Source: Chara braunii
Lineage: Eukaryota; Plantae; Charophyceae
Direction: 5' to 3'
NCBI GenBank assembly: GCA_003427395.1
Contig: BFEA01000017.1
Coordinates: forward strand, 2,740,635 to 2,804,634
DNA: 64,000 nt
The translations under genes were made by a program, and so were the position numbers. The stretch's first letter is position 1; every line of letters begins with the position of its first letter. Under the pieces are notes generated by a model. The model worked only from the letters and a program-made list of their open reading frames with translations, had not been told where the DNA came from and made no database searches. Below, in pieces: positions 63,175-64,000 of the stretch.

Positions 63175-64000
63175 TAAAAGTAAATAGCAATTATAACAAT
63201 ATCAGAAATAATAACATTAATAGTGACTACATTTCGTCAAAGTTTTCAGATGACTTTGCAAAGAGCAAGGGATCAGAAAAAGGAAAGCATTTACTTGATG
63301 TCTTATATGCCAAAACTTTTCCCTATATCTTACTTCCCCCTCTCATTTACTTTCGCCACACAGCCTTGGGCACAGCAACCCGGTCGTTGTTCCGCATGCG
63401 TGCTTCTAGAACCGCGCATGTTCGATGTCTTGCTTGTTCGCAAGACCATGTAGGCGCATGCTTGCTGTCCAGCCTGCCTGTTTCCGAAGATCATGCGTGT
63501 GCAAGCTCTGTCGTTCTGCATGCCTGTTCTCAAGGCAGTGTGTGTGCATGCAGTTCTCTCTACTTCTTCTCTTCTTCTCAGTCTTCCTCTTCTTCCTCGT
63601 CTTCATTCTTCTTTTCCTCCCTGCGGCCGCCTTCCCCTTACGTCCAATCCCCGCCTCTCGTACAATTAGATCTCGTACGTTCACAGCTGAAGTCGCAGTT
63701 GTGACTAAGTTACCAATTAATACTCCTTAATGATAATAATAATAATAAGAAGAAGAATAGTAATAATAATAATAATCATCATACTCATAATAATAACAAT
63801 TATAATATTAATGATTCAAAGAAGGTAAAATGACAGTTTTCAGTCTGCAAGGTCACATTTGAAAGTGAGGAAGCCCGACACAGTCTGGAAAACAGGACTG
63901 CATCGATACCGCACCAAAATACTGAATTCGAGTGTCAATGAGAACATACTCTCGCCATCACCAACATACGTGTCCAAACCCTTCTCCCTACTTGGCGCCC
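59374..64000 (-). mobile_element. Long LTR copy B (5' LTR, next to the PBS); extends beyond the window
   Basis: Direct repeat of 47316-51440; TGTCGCG terminus 2 bp from the PBS. Confidence 0.85.
61590..62490. repeat. Tandem array in LTR copy B, about 12 units of 72/91 bp
   Basis: Same core as 49425-50120, with about three extra units at the right end. Confidence 0.9.

Overview
Eukaryotic, repeat-dominated nuclear DNA with five N-gaps and many microsatellites. The repeat types and the one gene suggest a streptophyte alga such as Chara (inference). The only convincing host gene is an intronless ORF at 17074-18537: a putative plastid transit peptide, a GRXS16-type GIY-YIG domain, and an unrecognised C-terminal domain. 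The rest is nested transposons. (1) A Penelope-like retroelement (1-15432, minus) has a zinc-knuckle ORF1, GIY-YIG endonuclease upstream of the RT, direct terminal repeats and a minimal hammerhead ribozyme. It is interrupted by two L1-type LINEs and other inserts. (2) Further L1-type LINE remnants. (3) Very long TGTCG...CGACA LTRs: a ~7.9 kb solo LTR carrying scrambled 28S rRNA fragments, and a pair of related LTR copies with a tRNA-Asp-like PBS, a 72-bp internal array and a covarying RNA hairpin. (4) Non-autonomous inverted-repeat elements that often carry TTAA at only one end, suggesting tyrosine-recombinase (Crypton-like) mobility. (5) A U6 snRNA retrocopy and tRNA-derived SINE-like heads. 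All homology calls come from recognising motifs by eye; no database searches were run.
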